A stretch of DNA of 64,000 bases from Candidatus Oxydemutatoraceae bacterium. Lineage in GTDB: Bacteria; Pseudomonadota; Gammaproteobacteria; Poriferisulfidales; Oxydemutatoraceae. Under the pieces are notes generated by a model. It made no database searches. It was not told where the DNA came from and was given only the letters and a program-made list of their open reading frames with translations. Each line of letters begins with the position of its first letter. The first letter of the stretch is position 1. The stretch is taken from contig OZ245010.1 of NCBI GenBank assembly GCA_965223735.1, forward strand, positions 916,924 to 980,923. The letters are read 5' to 3'. This document shows, piece after piece, positions 8,874 through 17,622 of this stretch. Made by a program: the position numbers and the translations under genes.

Positions 8874-10184
8874 TCATAAGTCCTGAGCCAACCGGAACCC
8901 GAGCTCGCTGAAGCGGTAGCCGCGGAAGAACCCGTAGCGGTCCGCCGCACGCAGGGCCCCGGCGAGGTTGCTGAGCCAGGAGCCCCCGCGAAGCACGACG
9001 CGAATCCTGACGCCCTCAATATCCTTGACATCATCGCACCCGCGCGTCCAGGCACTGCCATCGACAGGCGCCCCCCTGTAATCCTCATGCCAGCAATCCT
9101 CCACCCACTCCCACACGTTCCCATGCATATCATGCAAACCGAACCCGTTCGCCCTGAAACGCCCCACCGGGGACGTGTACTGATACCCGTCATTGCAATG
9201 AAAACTTCCGCACTTGTAACCGACAGGGCAAAGACTATCGTCAAAGCAGTTGGCGTTGCCGCGAAGCGACGCCTCACTGTTGCCGGAATAATACCGGGTT
9301 TCGGTCCCCGCCCGCGCCGCATACTCCCATTCCGCCTCCGTCAGCAGACGGTACCGCTTCCCCATCTCCCGCCTCAGCCACTCGACATACGCTTTGACGT
9401 GATCCCAACTCACGCACACCACCGGGTGTTGACCCGTCTGGCTGAAACCGGGATTGCGCCAGTCGGCATTGGCATCGAAGACCACCTTTCCCTCACCTTG
9501 ATCCCACCTCAAACAACCACTGCCCGCATCGTAGCCCGTCGCCTTGACAAACGCCGCAAACTGCGCCCGCGTCACTTCATGTTTGCTCACCGCGAAGGAC
9601 TTGATCCGAACCGTATGCACCGGACGCTCACCATCGTCGCCCCCGCCCTGAAGGTCCCCCATCCGGAAACTCCCGCCCGGCAACACCACCATCTCCGGCT
9701 CGAAATATCGCGCTGCTCGATGGCCCGGCATGGCCGACGTCAGCCAAGTGCCGATTACATACCCCACTTTGCCGTCCGCCAGTTCAACCTTATGCCAGCC
9801 TGAACCCCCCGACCCAACCACCGACACCGCTTCCGACGCCGAGAGTCTGCCGATGATCTCATGCTTCATCCCCGGCCCCGAACGCACGTTCACGTCCACA
9901 CGCGCATACATCCGCCGGACTTCAGGCCGCTCTGCAACCACCTCGCCAGACCCTTGCCGGGCGGGCGGCTTCTGTGCAACGCGGGCGGCAGCTTCAGGCG
10001 CATAACCTTTCCCGACAGAGGCCGACGAGGCTTTGGCAAGGCAGACAACTTCAGAGGCGAGAACCTGTGACGTTCGGTCTGGCGCGGCGGCGCCGACATC
10101 CATGCTCCAGCAGACGCTCTCAGCCTGCGCGGCCTGATAAAGACCGTGGACAAAAGAGAAAAAAAGCAAGCCGGGCATTATCAT
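8874..10184 (-). CDS. DGR target protein 1: signal peptide + bacterial SH3 domain + FGE-sulfatase/C-type-lectin-fold domain with C-terminal VR
   Basis: MIMPGLLFFSFVHGLYQAAQA signal peptide. SH3b-like segment VNVRSGPGMKHEIIGRL...GWHKVELADGKVGYVIGTWL. FGE-domain motifs (HTVRIKSFAVSKHEVTRAQFAAFV..., WEWVEDCWHEDY, RGGSW). The listed ORF extends further upstream to 10334. Confidence 0.7.
   Translation of the reverse strand: MIMPGLLFFSFVHGLYQAAQAESVCWSMDVGAAAPDRTSQVLASEVVCLAKASSASVGKGYAPEAAARVAQKPPARQGSGEVVAERPEVRRMYARVDVNVRSGPGMKHEIIGRLSASEAVSVVGSGGSGWHKVELADGKVGYVIGTWLTSAMPGHRAARYFEPEMVVLPGGSFRMGDLQGGGDDGERPVHTVRIKSFAVSKHEVTRAQFAAFVKATGYDAGSGCLRWDQGEGKVVFDANADWRNPGFSQTGQHPVVCVSWDHVKAYVEWLRREMGKRYRLLTEAEWEYAARAGTETRYYSGNSEASLRGNANCFDDSLCPVGYKCGSFHCNDGYQYTSPVGRFRANGFGLHDMHGNVWEWVEDCWHEDYRGAPVDGSAWTRGCDDVKDIEGVRIRVVLRGGSWLSNLAGALRAADRYGFFRGYRFSELGFRLAQDL
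8882..8996 (-). repeat. DGR variable repeat VR1 (3' end of target gene 1)
   Basis: Aligns with the TR end to end. The encoded VLRGGSWLSNLAGALRAADRYGFFRGYRFSELGFRLAQDL differs from TR-encoded ..NNNN..N..N.N.NN.NN.NNNN.. only at TR AAC codons. Confidence 0.8.
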
Positions 10185-10249
10185 GGCGCCTGCCTTCCGG
10201 GCGCGGCCCGCCCCCCGCAGCCTCCGTGCAAACGCAGGCTTCCCCGTTC

Positions 10250-13200
10250 TCAGGGCATTTGTACTTTGGTTTGACATTTTGGGCCACCTCCTGTGGGGCA
10301 TCTTGCCGGAAAACTCCGGTTTTGAACTGTCCAATTTATGGGGAAGCCTACGCTTTCTACACCAGTAATCTTCAGACTGACCCTTCTATTCAAGGCGTGT
10401 ATGAAACTGTTTTCACCTTTCAGCATTGTCTCTTCAAACCGTTTCTCCTCTCCCTCATTATTCTCAGGATCCCATTTCACCAGCTTAATTTCGGGTATTT
10501 TCCCGCAAATTTTAAGGGCTTCTGGTTCATTGACCAAGGTTTTCAATTTACGGCACACCGCTTCTGCTCTTCTATTTGCCAGTTCCATATTTGTCTTCAT
10601 TTCGTCTCGGCCTGTATGCGGCCTTTTATCCGCCAGCCCCATCACTTTAATCACCGGATTACCACCTCGACAATTCCCAAAGTGTTCAGTCAGCTCGCTT
10701 GACATTTTCTTCCAATCGTCTTCTTCCACCTTCAGTTCATCTTTGCCGGTTTCAAATAGAGGTAACCAAATCATTGTACTTTTCGACGTTGAGCCCTCGA
10801 CTACAGGAGAATGGTAGTTCACCACGACTTTCGTCGTTGAGCTGCAATGTGTATGAGAACAGCTCTCTACGGCCTTTGGCGTTGAATCCAGGCTTCTCAT
10901 GTATCTGTCAAATTCCTGAACTTCAAATCCTTGCTTTCCATCTTCGATCAATACGGCGTTGCCAAACCGAATGACGCTACTCGGTGCATCTTTGAGATGA
11001 AGATGAAACCTGTCACTATGTTTAATACAGTATCCGCTAAGACAACCGGTCCCCAGTAGTGACAATAAAAGAATACCGATGAACCCATATGTATAACTTC
11101 TCTTTGAGGTGATAAAGAAATCAATCAGAGAGCGCTTTTTGAAAATTGCCTCGTGCGCCAATACCAATGTTTTCTGTTTCGGAATCCTGATTTCCATGCG
11201 CTTTTTTGCACAACGTGCCGTCGCCTGGTAAAATGCCAACAATGCAGTGATAACCAAAAAAACAGAACCAGCTGAATGAACAGGGTATTGCACCAACGCC
11301 TGAAGCCCACTTTCCCAAGTTTGCAAAGGAGCGGTACCGGGTAACACGAATGTGAGTGCCGCAAAGTATATAAACACGGAAAAAATCAATATTATGGATG
11401 GCTTAAAACCATCAATCACCAGGTAACGCCTATAGAACCTCTTCAGATACGGATAGATATCATCTGGCTTCTCGCGATTCACCCAAGTAAGAAGTTTTTT
11501 AAATACTTCTTCCCTTAATTCGGTTATAACTTTAAGTTTTTTCGTCACTCCTCCTAAATTTTCGACCAGTTCCCCACTACTTTCAATTCCCATCTTCAGC
11601 CCACCCACTTCCGCCAATACTCCTTTCAGATTTTTTAATTCTGGTGTTTGGGGGGTACCCCAGTGGCCCTTGCCCGCATTTTTTGATAGTTTCAAATAAT
11701 CATAGATTTCACGCTTCCTATTCTTTTTCATGCCCTCGTAACATTCAGAACATTTTCTAAGTCTGGATTTCAAGTCTTTAAGCCCACTTGACATACCCCC
11801 CTTCAAACTACTTACTGTTTTTTCAAATTCAGATTTAAAGTCTCTAAATCCACTTAACACACTCTCCACTAAACCCTTTGCTGTTTTCTCTGCTTCCTCA
11901 AGTTCAGATTTCAAACCTTCAAGCTTGTCTTGCGCGTTTTTCGTCAGACTTTTCACTTTTTTTTCCACGTTCTCAAATTCCTCTCTCAAGTCCCTAAGCC
12001 TGTTTTGCACGTCCTCCACCCTCCTTAACCATCCCTTTTTTACTCCTGTTGCTTTCTTAAGTTCGGCTTCCACACCTCCAAGTTCGTTTCGCGCGCTCCT
12101 CACCTTGTCCGACCCTTCCCTTTCCACTTTCTCAAATTCATTTTCCAAATCTTCAAGTCTGCTTTGCATATCCCCCGCCAGAGCTTTCTCTTTTGTTTCC
12201 TCAGAGATCTTTCGCACTTCCCTTATTTTCTCAAGTTCAACTTCCACACTTTTAAGCTTGCTTTGCGCGTTTCTCGCCAAGTTCTTCACTTCTTCTTTTG
12301 CTTCCTCAAGTTCAGCCCCCAGATCTTTAAGCTTGCTTCGAGCACCCTTCACCAGTCCCCCCTCTTCCTCTTCTTTAAGTTTCTTTCGTGCCTCTCTTAC
12401 TTTCTCAAGCCCAGCTTCCAGACCTTCAAGCTCGCTTTGTACATACTCCGCCAAACTCTCATTTTCCACTCCCTTAAGTTCAGCTCCCAGACCTTTAAGC
12501 TCGTTTTGTGCATACTTCGCTAAACTCTCATTTTCCACTCCCTTAAGTTCAGCTTCCAGGCCTTCCAGATCTTCTTCCACTCCCTCAACCGCAGATCTCA
12601 AGCCTTTAAGCTTGCTTCGCACATCCTCCACCAAACCTTCCTCTCTTACTTTTTCAAGTCCTTCTCTTGCGCCCCTTACTTCCCCAATTTCAGATCTCAA
12701 GCCTTTAAGCTTGCTTCGTGCGTCCCTCACCAAGTCTTTCACTCCTTTTTTTACTTTCTCAAGTTCAGCTTCCAGACCTTTAAGCTCGCTTTGTGCATCC
12801 CCCACCTTCTTTAACCTCTCCTCTTTTACCTCCTTAAGTCCATCCTTGAATTCAGTTTCCAACCCCTCAAGCGTACTTTGCGCATTCCCCACCAACCCAT
12901 CTTTCTCTACCCCCTCAAGTGCAGCCTTCAAATCTTCAAGCTTGCTTTTCGCATCCTCCATCAACCCCTTCTTTTCAACCTCCTCAAGCGCAGTCTCCAG
13001 GTCTTTAAGCTTGTTTTGCGCACCCTCTACCAAGACACCGCCCTGTTTTACTTTCTCAAGTTCAGCTCCCAGATCTTCAAGCTTGTTTCGCGCGTCCCCG
13101 ACCTTCGTTAACCTCTTTGCTTCTCTCACAAGCCTGTCCTTAAATTCACCCTCCAGCTTTTCAAGCCTGCTTTTCCTCGCATCCCCCACCAGACCCTTCT

Positions 13201-14812
13201 TCTTTATTTCCCCAAGTGCAGTTTCCAAGCTTTCAAGCTTGCTTCGTGCATGCTTTACTTTCTTCAACTCCTCTTCTTCCACCTTTACTTTCTCAAGTCC
13301 GTCCTTAAGTTCAGCTCCCAAACCTTCAAGCTTGTTTCGCGCATCCTCTACCAGCCCCTTCTTCCCCACCTCCTCGAGTGCGGTTTTCAAGCCCTCAAGC
13401 TCGCTTTGCACGTCCCATGCCAGATCCTTCTCTTCTACCTCCCCAAGCGCAATCTCCAGGTCTTTAAGCTTGTTTTGCGCATCCCTCATCAGCCTTTTCA
13501 TTTCTTGTTTTACTTTCTCAAATTCAGCTTCCAAACCTTCAAGCTTGTCTTGCGCATCTCTTACCAGCTCCTTCTCTTCTACCTCCCAAAGTTTGGGTTT
13601 CAGGCTCTCAAGCTTGCTTTGCGCATCTCTTACCAGCCCCTTCTTTTCCACCTTCCCAAGTTTGGTTTCCAGTTCTTCAATCTCGCTCTGCGCGTCCCTT
13701 ACCAGATCCTCCTTTTTCACTTTCTCAAGCTTGGATTTCAAGTCCCCAAGCTTTTCTCCTGTTTCCCGCGTAATACTGTAATCTGCATCTATAGTCTCAA
13801 AAACATTCTTTAAATTTTCGTCTTTAGCAATCTTGACTTTGTGCTTTTTACTTCCTTCAGACCAGTTTGGGTGATCATCAAGAAATTCTAGCGCGCCTTT
13901 TGCACGCTTATTGAAATCTTCCAACTTAAAAAGTAAATCCTTCTGGAAAAGTAAATCCTTCTGGCCCGGGTGATCATCACCGGCACTTGGAGAGGGATCA
14001 GCTCTTATATGTTCCAACAAAATTCGGGAAAGAGGCTTGATTACATTCTTATCAGACCAATATTTGGTGTGACAGCGTAGATTCCATGAAGTAAAAATGC
14101 CTCCTACATTAATAGGGTGATCTTTAATATCCTCGAATGGTTTCCCCAGTTGCTTTAACGGCCAACCCAATACATCATCGGGGTCATAGTAATTATCCCA
14201 CCTGAATTCTTTCTTCGCTGCTATGTCGAAACACTTACGATCATTCTCAGCTATCCCTGAAACGAATACTGGAATATTGCATCCTGTCGTAACCAAGTTC
14301 CTCAACGAATGCAATTTAACAAAAGCCAGTTCATCAGAAGGAAGTCCTGGATTGTTTTTAAAAATATGGTTGCCATTTTCAGCATCCCACAAATAATTTG
14401 AAATCACCTGACAGCCAAGAGATTGAGCAATGATCACAACAGGTTTCGAGTTTTCACCCCCGCTGAGATCCTTATAGGCCTCTTTCAAGGCGTTCATTAT
14501 TTCTGTTTGCGCCTTAATATATGCTTTTGCCTCTTCGGTGCGGGCGCTGCGCTCAAGAGAGCCCGCGTCGCCGAAACCAAACAAGACGAATTTTCTTAGC
14601 GACTTAAAATCAACCTTGTTCTCTGACTTGATCTTTCGCCATAATCGATCCTGATGGCCCTGCAGTGTTGAGTCATACCTCACATTTTGGAAAGAGACCT
14701 TCTCCCACTTATCTTTAAGACGCCTTCTCAGGCCCTTTTCCAAACCTGCATAGTAATTATCCTTGCGTTCTCCCATGCCATGGAGTGTGATCAATGCCAC
14801 CTTTTTACTCAT
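10250..14812 (-). CDS. giant (1520 aa) modular protein: N-terminal alpha/beta-hydrolase-like domain (GxSxG = AQSLG), ~30 tandem ~23-aa coiled-coil repeats, multi-TM segment, C-terminal OmpA/MotB-like peptidoglycan-binding domain
   Basis: One uninterrupted ORF. The N-terminal has ITLHGMGERK...IAQSLGCQV. Its repeats read like LVRDAQSKLESLKPKLEEVEKKG. Hydrophobic helices fall around residues 1125-1260. The C-terminal domain reads VIKVMGLADKRPHTGRDEMKTNMELANRRAEAV. Markedly lower GC than flanking DGR genes. Confidence 0.7.
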   Translation of the reverse strand: MSKKVALITLHGMGERKDNYYAGLEKGLRRRLKDKWEKVSFQNVRYDSTLQGHQDRLWRKIKSENKVDFKSLRKFVLFGFGDAGSLERSARTEEAKAYIKAQTEIMNALKEAYKDLSGGENSKPVVIIAQSLGCQVISNYLWDAENGNHIFKNNPGLPSDELAFVKLHSLRNLVTTGCNIPVFVSGIAENDRKCFDIAAKKEFRWDNYYDPDDVLGWPLKQLGKPFEDIKDHPINVGGIFTSWNLRCHTKYWSDKNVIKPLSRILLEHIRADPSPSAGDDHPGQKDLLFQKDLLFKLEDFNKRAKGALEFLDDHPNWSEGSKKHKVKIAKDENLKNVFETIDADYSITRETGEKLGDLKSKLEKVKKEDLVRDAQSEIEELETKLGKVEKKGLVRDAQSKLESLKPKLWEVEEKELVRDAQDKLEGLEAEFEKVKQEMKRLMRDAQNKLKDLEIALGEVEEKDLAWDVQSELEGLKTALEEVGKKGLVEDARNKLEGLGAELKDGLEKVKVEEEELKKVKHARSKLESLETALGEIKKKGLVGDARKSRLEKLEGEFKDRLVREAKRLTKVGDARNKLEDLGAELEKVKQGGVLVEGAQNKLKDLETALEEVEKKGLMEDAKSKLEDLKAALEGVEKDGLVGNAQSTLEGLETEFKDGLKEVKEERLKKVGDAQSELKGLEAELEKVKKGVKDLVRDARSKLKGLRSEIGEVRGAREGLEKVREEGLVEDVRSKLKGLRSAVEGVEEDLEGLEAELKGVENESLAKYAQNELKGLGAELKGVENESLAEYVQSELEGLEAGLEKVREARKKLKEEEEGGLVKGARSKLKDLGAELEEAKEEVKNLARNAQSKLKSVEVELEKIREVRKISEETKEKALAGDMQSRLEDLENEFEKVEREGSDKVRSARNELGGVEAELKKATGVKKGWLRRVEDVQNRLRDLREEFENVEKKVKSLTKNAQDKLEGLKSELEEAEKTAKGLVESVLSGFRDFKSEFEKTVSSLKGGMSSGLKDLKSRLRKCSECYEGMKKNRKREIYDYLKLSKNAGKGHWGTPQTPELKNLKGVLAEVGGLKMGIESSGELVENLGGVTKKLKVITELREEVFKKLLTWVNREKPDDIYPYLKRFYRRYLVIDGFKPSIILIFSVFIYFAALTFVLPGTAPLQTWESGLQALVQYPVHSAGSVFLVITALLAFYQATARCAKKRMEIRIPKQKTLVLAHEAIFKKRSLIDFFITSKRSYTYGFIGILLLSLLGTGCLSGYCIKHSDRFHLHLKDAPSSVIRFGNAVLIEDGKQGFEVQEFDRYMRSLDSTPKAVESCSHTHCSSTTKVVVNYHSPVVEGSTSKSTMIWLPLFETGKDELKVEEDDWKKMSSELTEHFGNCRGGNPVIKVMGLADKRPHTGRDEMKTNMELANRRAEAVCRKLKTLVNEPEALKICGKIPEIKLVKWDPENNEGEEKRFEETMLKGENSFIHALNRRVSLKITGVESVGFPINWTVQNRSFPARCPTGGGPKCQTKVQMP
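11820..13800 (-). repeat. in-frame tandem coding repeats (~69-72 bp period) inside the giant gene (coiled-coil array)
   Basis: Recurrent nucleotide and amino-acid motif (..GLEAELEKVKK.., ..LVRDAQSKL..). The antisense 618-aa Ser-rich ORF (11925..13781 +) is an artifact of this repeat. Confidence 0.7.
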
Positions 14813-14942
14813 TTTTACTCATTTTTCTCTCCTGCCTGTTGCTTGCCTTCCGGTACAACCACCATCTCCATCTTCAGGCAATGTCTGCCCTTGCACCCCG
14901 CGCCACCCTGTCCCGTCGGCCCACGGCCACGTCACGGGCCGA

Positions 14943-14960
14943 CGCCGCCTCACGGCGGCG
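14943..14960 (-). other. GC hairpin downstream of VR2 (second copy)
   Basis: Same cgccgcc-tcac-ggcggcg palindrome as 8806..8823, within a duplicated 3' flank. Confidence 0.6.
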
Positions 14961-15010
14961 CGGCTCGCTCACGCTCGCCGTCAAGGGTCCAAGCATCAAG
15001 CGCCAAGGGA

Positions 15011-15895
15011 TCATAAGTCCTGAGCCAACCGGAACCCGCCATTGTGGACCCGGTCGACGCGGTTGCTCCAGTTGCGGGCCGCCGCACGCAGGTCCCCGGC
15101 GTCGCCGTCGCCCCAGGAGCCCCCGCGAAGCACGCGAATCCTGACGCCCTCAATATCCTTGACATCATCGCACCCGCGCGTCCAGGCACTGCCATCGACA
15201 GGCGCCCCCCTGTAATCCTCATGCCAGCAATCCTCCACCCACTCCCACACGTTCCCATGCATATCATGCAAACCGAACCCGTTCGCCCTGAAACGCCCCA
15301 CCGGGGACGTGTACTGATACCCGTCATTGCAATGAAAACCTCCGCACTTGTAACCGACAGGGCAAAGACTATCGTCAAAGCAGTTGGCGTTGCCGCGAAG
15401 CGACGCCTCACTGTTGCCGGAATAATACTGGGTTTCGGTCCCCGCCCGCGCCGCATACTCCCATTCCGCCTCCGTCAGCAGACGGTACCGCTTCCCCATC
15501 TCCCGCCTCAGCCACTCGACATACGCTTTGACGTGATCCCAACTCACGCACACCACCGGGTGTTGACCCGTCTGGCTGAAACCGGGATTGCGCCAGTCGG
15601 CATTGGCATCGAAGACCACCTTTTCCTCACCTTGATCCCACCTCCAACAACCACTGCCCGCATCGTAGCCCGTCGCCTTGACAAACGCCGCAAACTGCGC
15701 CCGCGTCACTTCATGTTTGCTCACCGCGAAGGACTTGATCCGAACCGTATGCACCGGACGCTCATCATCGTAGCCCCCGCCCTGAAGGTCCCCCATCCAG
15801 AAACTCCCGCCCGGCAACACCACCATCTCCGGCTCCCAGGCAATCCCATCACCGGAAAGAAGCAGCAGACAACAAGACAGCAACGCGGAACGCAC
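15011..15895 (-). CDS. DGR target protein 2: signal peptide + FGE/C-type-lectin-fold domain with C-terminal VR
   Basis: Paralog of the target 1 C-terminal ~290 aa (about 1 kb of near-identical DNA, 8795..9810 vs 14930..15845) with a different VR. GTG start; N-terminal hydrophobic leader LLSCCLLLLSG. Confidence 0.7.
   Translation of the reverse strand: MRSALLSCCLLLLSGDGIAWEPEMVVLPGGSFWMGDLQGGGYDDERPVHTVRIKSFAVSKHEVTRAQFAAFVKATGYDAGSGCWRWDQGEEKVVFDANADWRNPGFSQTGQHPVVCVSWDHVKAYVEWLRREMGKRYRLLTEAEWEYAARAGTETQYYSGNSEASLRGNANCFDDSLCPVGYKCGGFHCNDGYQYTSPVGRFRANGFGLHDMHGNVWEWVEDCWHEDYRGAPVDGSAWTRGCDDVKDIEGVRIRVLRGGSWGDGDAGDLRAAARNWSNRVDRVHNGGFRLAQDL
15019..15133 (-). repeat. DGR variable repeat VR2 (3' end of target gene 2)
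   Basis: Encodes VLRGGSWGDGDAGDLRAAARNWSNRVDRVHNGGFRLAQDL. Differences from the TR are again at TR adenines, with one cgc>cgg exception. Confidence 0.8.
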
Positions 15896-15948
15896 CGTGG
15901 AGACCAGGCGCGCTTCGAAATCGAAATCGGTTTTTACAGTTTGCTCAA

Positions 15949-15964
15949 GGGGGGGGGGGGGGGG
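15949..15964. repeat. homopolymeric G16 tract (poly-C on the coding strand) ~55 nt upstream of target 2 start
   Basis: 16 consecutive G at 15949-15964, in the presumptive promoter region of the target2-giant-target1-avd-RT gene string. Confidence 0.9.
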
Positions 15965-16023
15965 CAGTCTTTCGGGCCAAGGTCACAAACTGACCTTCGG
16001 GCGCGCCTGCCCGAAAGAAGGTT

Positions 16024-17400
16024 TTGTATGAAGCGACAATGCTCATAAGGGGAACAGCTATACCACCGAAATCAAGTAATATCAACTCAATGTATAAGGC
16101 CGTGTTAGCCCAAAGGTGTGATCGGCTGGAACTGATCCGGCGAGTGCAAGCCGGAGAGCTGAAACAAGCTCGGGCGGCAACCAGGATGGGGGTATCCGAA
16201 CGCCACTTCCGGCGCCTGCTCAAGCGGTTTCGCCGCCACGGGCGGTCAGGGCTGGTCTCCCGGCGGCGCGGCGCACCTTCCAACCACCGTTTGCCCGACG
16301 CGACCCGCCGTCGCGCCCTTGAACTCATCAGGGAACGCTACGCCGACTTCGGGCCGACCTTCGCGCACGAGAAGCTTATGGCGCTGCACCGCGACAAGTT
16401 TGACCGCAGCTTCAGTGTTGAAACGCTGCGACGATGAATGATCCAAGAGCAGTTGTGGAGCAAGCGTTCACGGCGTACGCCCCGCATTCACCAGCCGCGT
16501 TTCGGGGAGATGCTCCAGATAGGCGGCAGCCTGCACGACTGGTTTGAAGGCCGGGGTCGTCCGTGCACCCTGATCGCCTTTATCGACGATGCCACTTCCG
16601 CGGTCACCGAGTGGCGTTTTTGCGAAGCCGAAACCACGTTCAACCACTTCGCCTGCCTGAAGCGGCACCTGCACCGCTACGGGCGCCCGGCCAGCGTGTA
16701 TTCAGACCGCCACGGCATCTTCCGGGTCAATGCCAGGGAACAGTGGCAGCCGCACAAAAAGACACAATTCGCCCGCGCCCCGGGGCAATTGGAGATCAGG
16801 TTGATCTGCGCCAGAACGCCACAGGCCAAGGGGCGCATTGAACGCTTGTTCCAGACCGTCCAGGATCGGTTGGTCAGGGAATTGCGGTTGCAGGGCGTCA
16901 GCACCATTGAGCAGGCCAACGCCTTTATCGATTAATACCGCGAAACCTTCAATGAGAAATTCGCAAAATCCCCGGCAGATCTGAATGACGCGCATCGTGG
17001 GCTGCATTGGAGTGACAGGGAACTGCAACTCATCCTGTCCAAACAACGTTGCAGAATCCTGTCACGGAACCTCATCTGCCAATACCACACCGTCCAATAC
17101 CTGGTGCAGACAAGCAAACCTTGCTATGCCATGCGCGGTGCTGCGGTAACCGTGTGTGAACACGTCGGCGGCGAGGTGGTCATATTATACAAGGGACGCG
17201 AACTGTCCTGCCGGGTTCACGCGCAACACGAGCCGGGGCCCGCACTGGTGGATGAGAAAGAGGTGTCGCAGCGGGTGGACGAGGTGCTGCACCGGCAGGG
17301 GGAAGATGGCCGCAAACCGGCGCCAGCGCATCCGTGGAGGCGCTGGAACCCCGGTTATTTGAGTTCCGGGCGCAGGCTGCTGACCGGACATTTCTACTTT
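16024..17400 (+). pseudogene. rve-type (DDE) transposase, IS481/ISNCY-like, disrupted by two in-frame stop codons
   Basis: An HTH segment (..RMGVSERHFRRLLKRFRRHGRSGLVSRRRGAP..) plus an integrase core (..YSDRHGIFRVN..TPQAKGRIERLFQTVQDRL..) all lie in one frame. The frame is broken by TGA at 16435-16437 and TAA at 16933-16935. The same frame continues past 16935 (..CYAMRGAAVTV..) into the ~145-bp repeat (copy B). Confidence 0.55.
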
Positions 17401-17412
17401 GGTTTGACACAA

Positions 17413-17555
17413 TGCGTTGAACCGCCCCCGCAACCTGGTCGCCGAACCCTGTTTCAGGCCTGCCTGAGTTGCCACGGCACCTGCCCGCGGGGCGTCACCC
17501 CCATCAACAACGCCGACCGGCAACCCGCACGTCAACTTCGGGATGACCCTGATAG
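17413..17555 (+). repeat. ~145-bp IS-derived repeat, copy B
   Basis: Inverted partner of 6557..6702. Lies within the open frame of the transposase pseudogene above, just before the tnpB left flank. Confidence 0.6.
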
Positions 17556-17622
17556 CCGCCGCACAATTCATATTATGGTGGGCAATGATATATTTAACTC
17601 ACGTGTCGATCAAATGAAAACA

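Noticed and set aside
11925-13781. 618-aa Ser/Leu/Phe-rich ORF on the plus strand, and smaller repetitive plus-strand ORFs at 12164, 12878 and 13250
   Set aside because: They are antisense to the giant minus-strand gene and are generated by its in-frame tandem repeats. Low-complexity composition and no start context.
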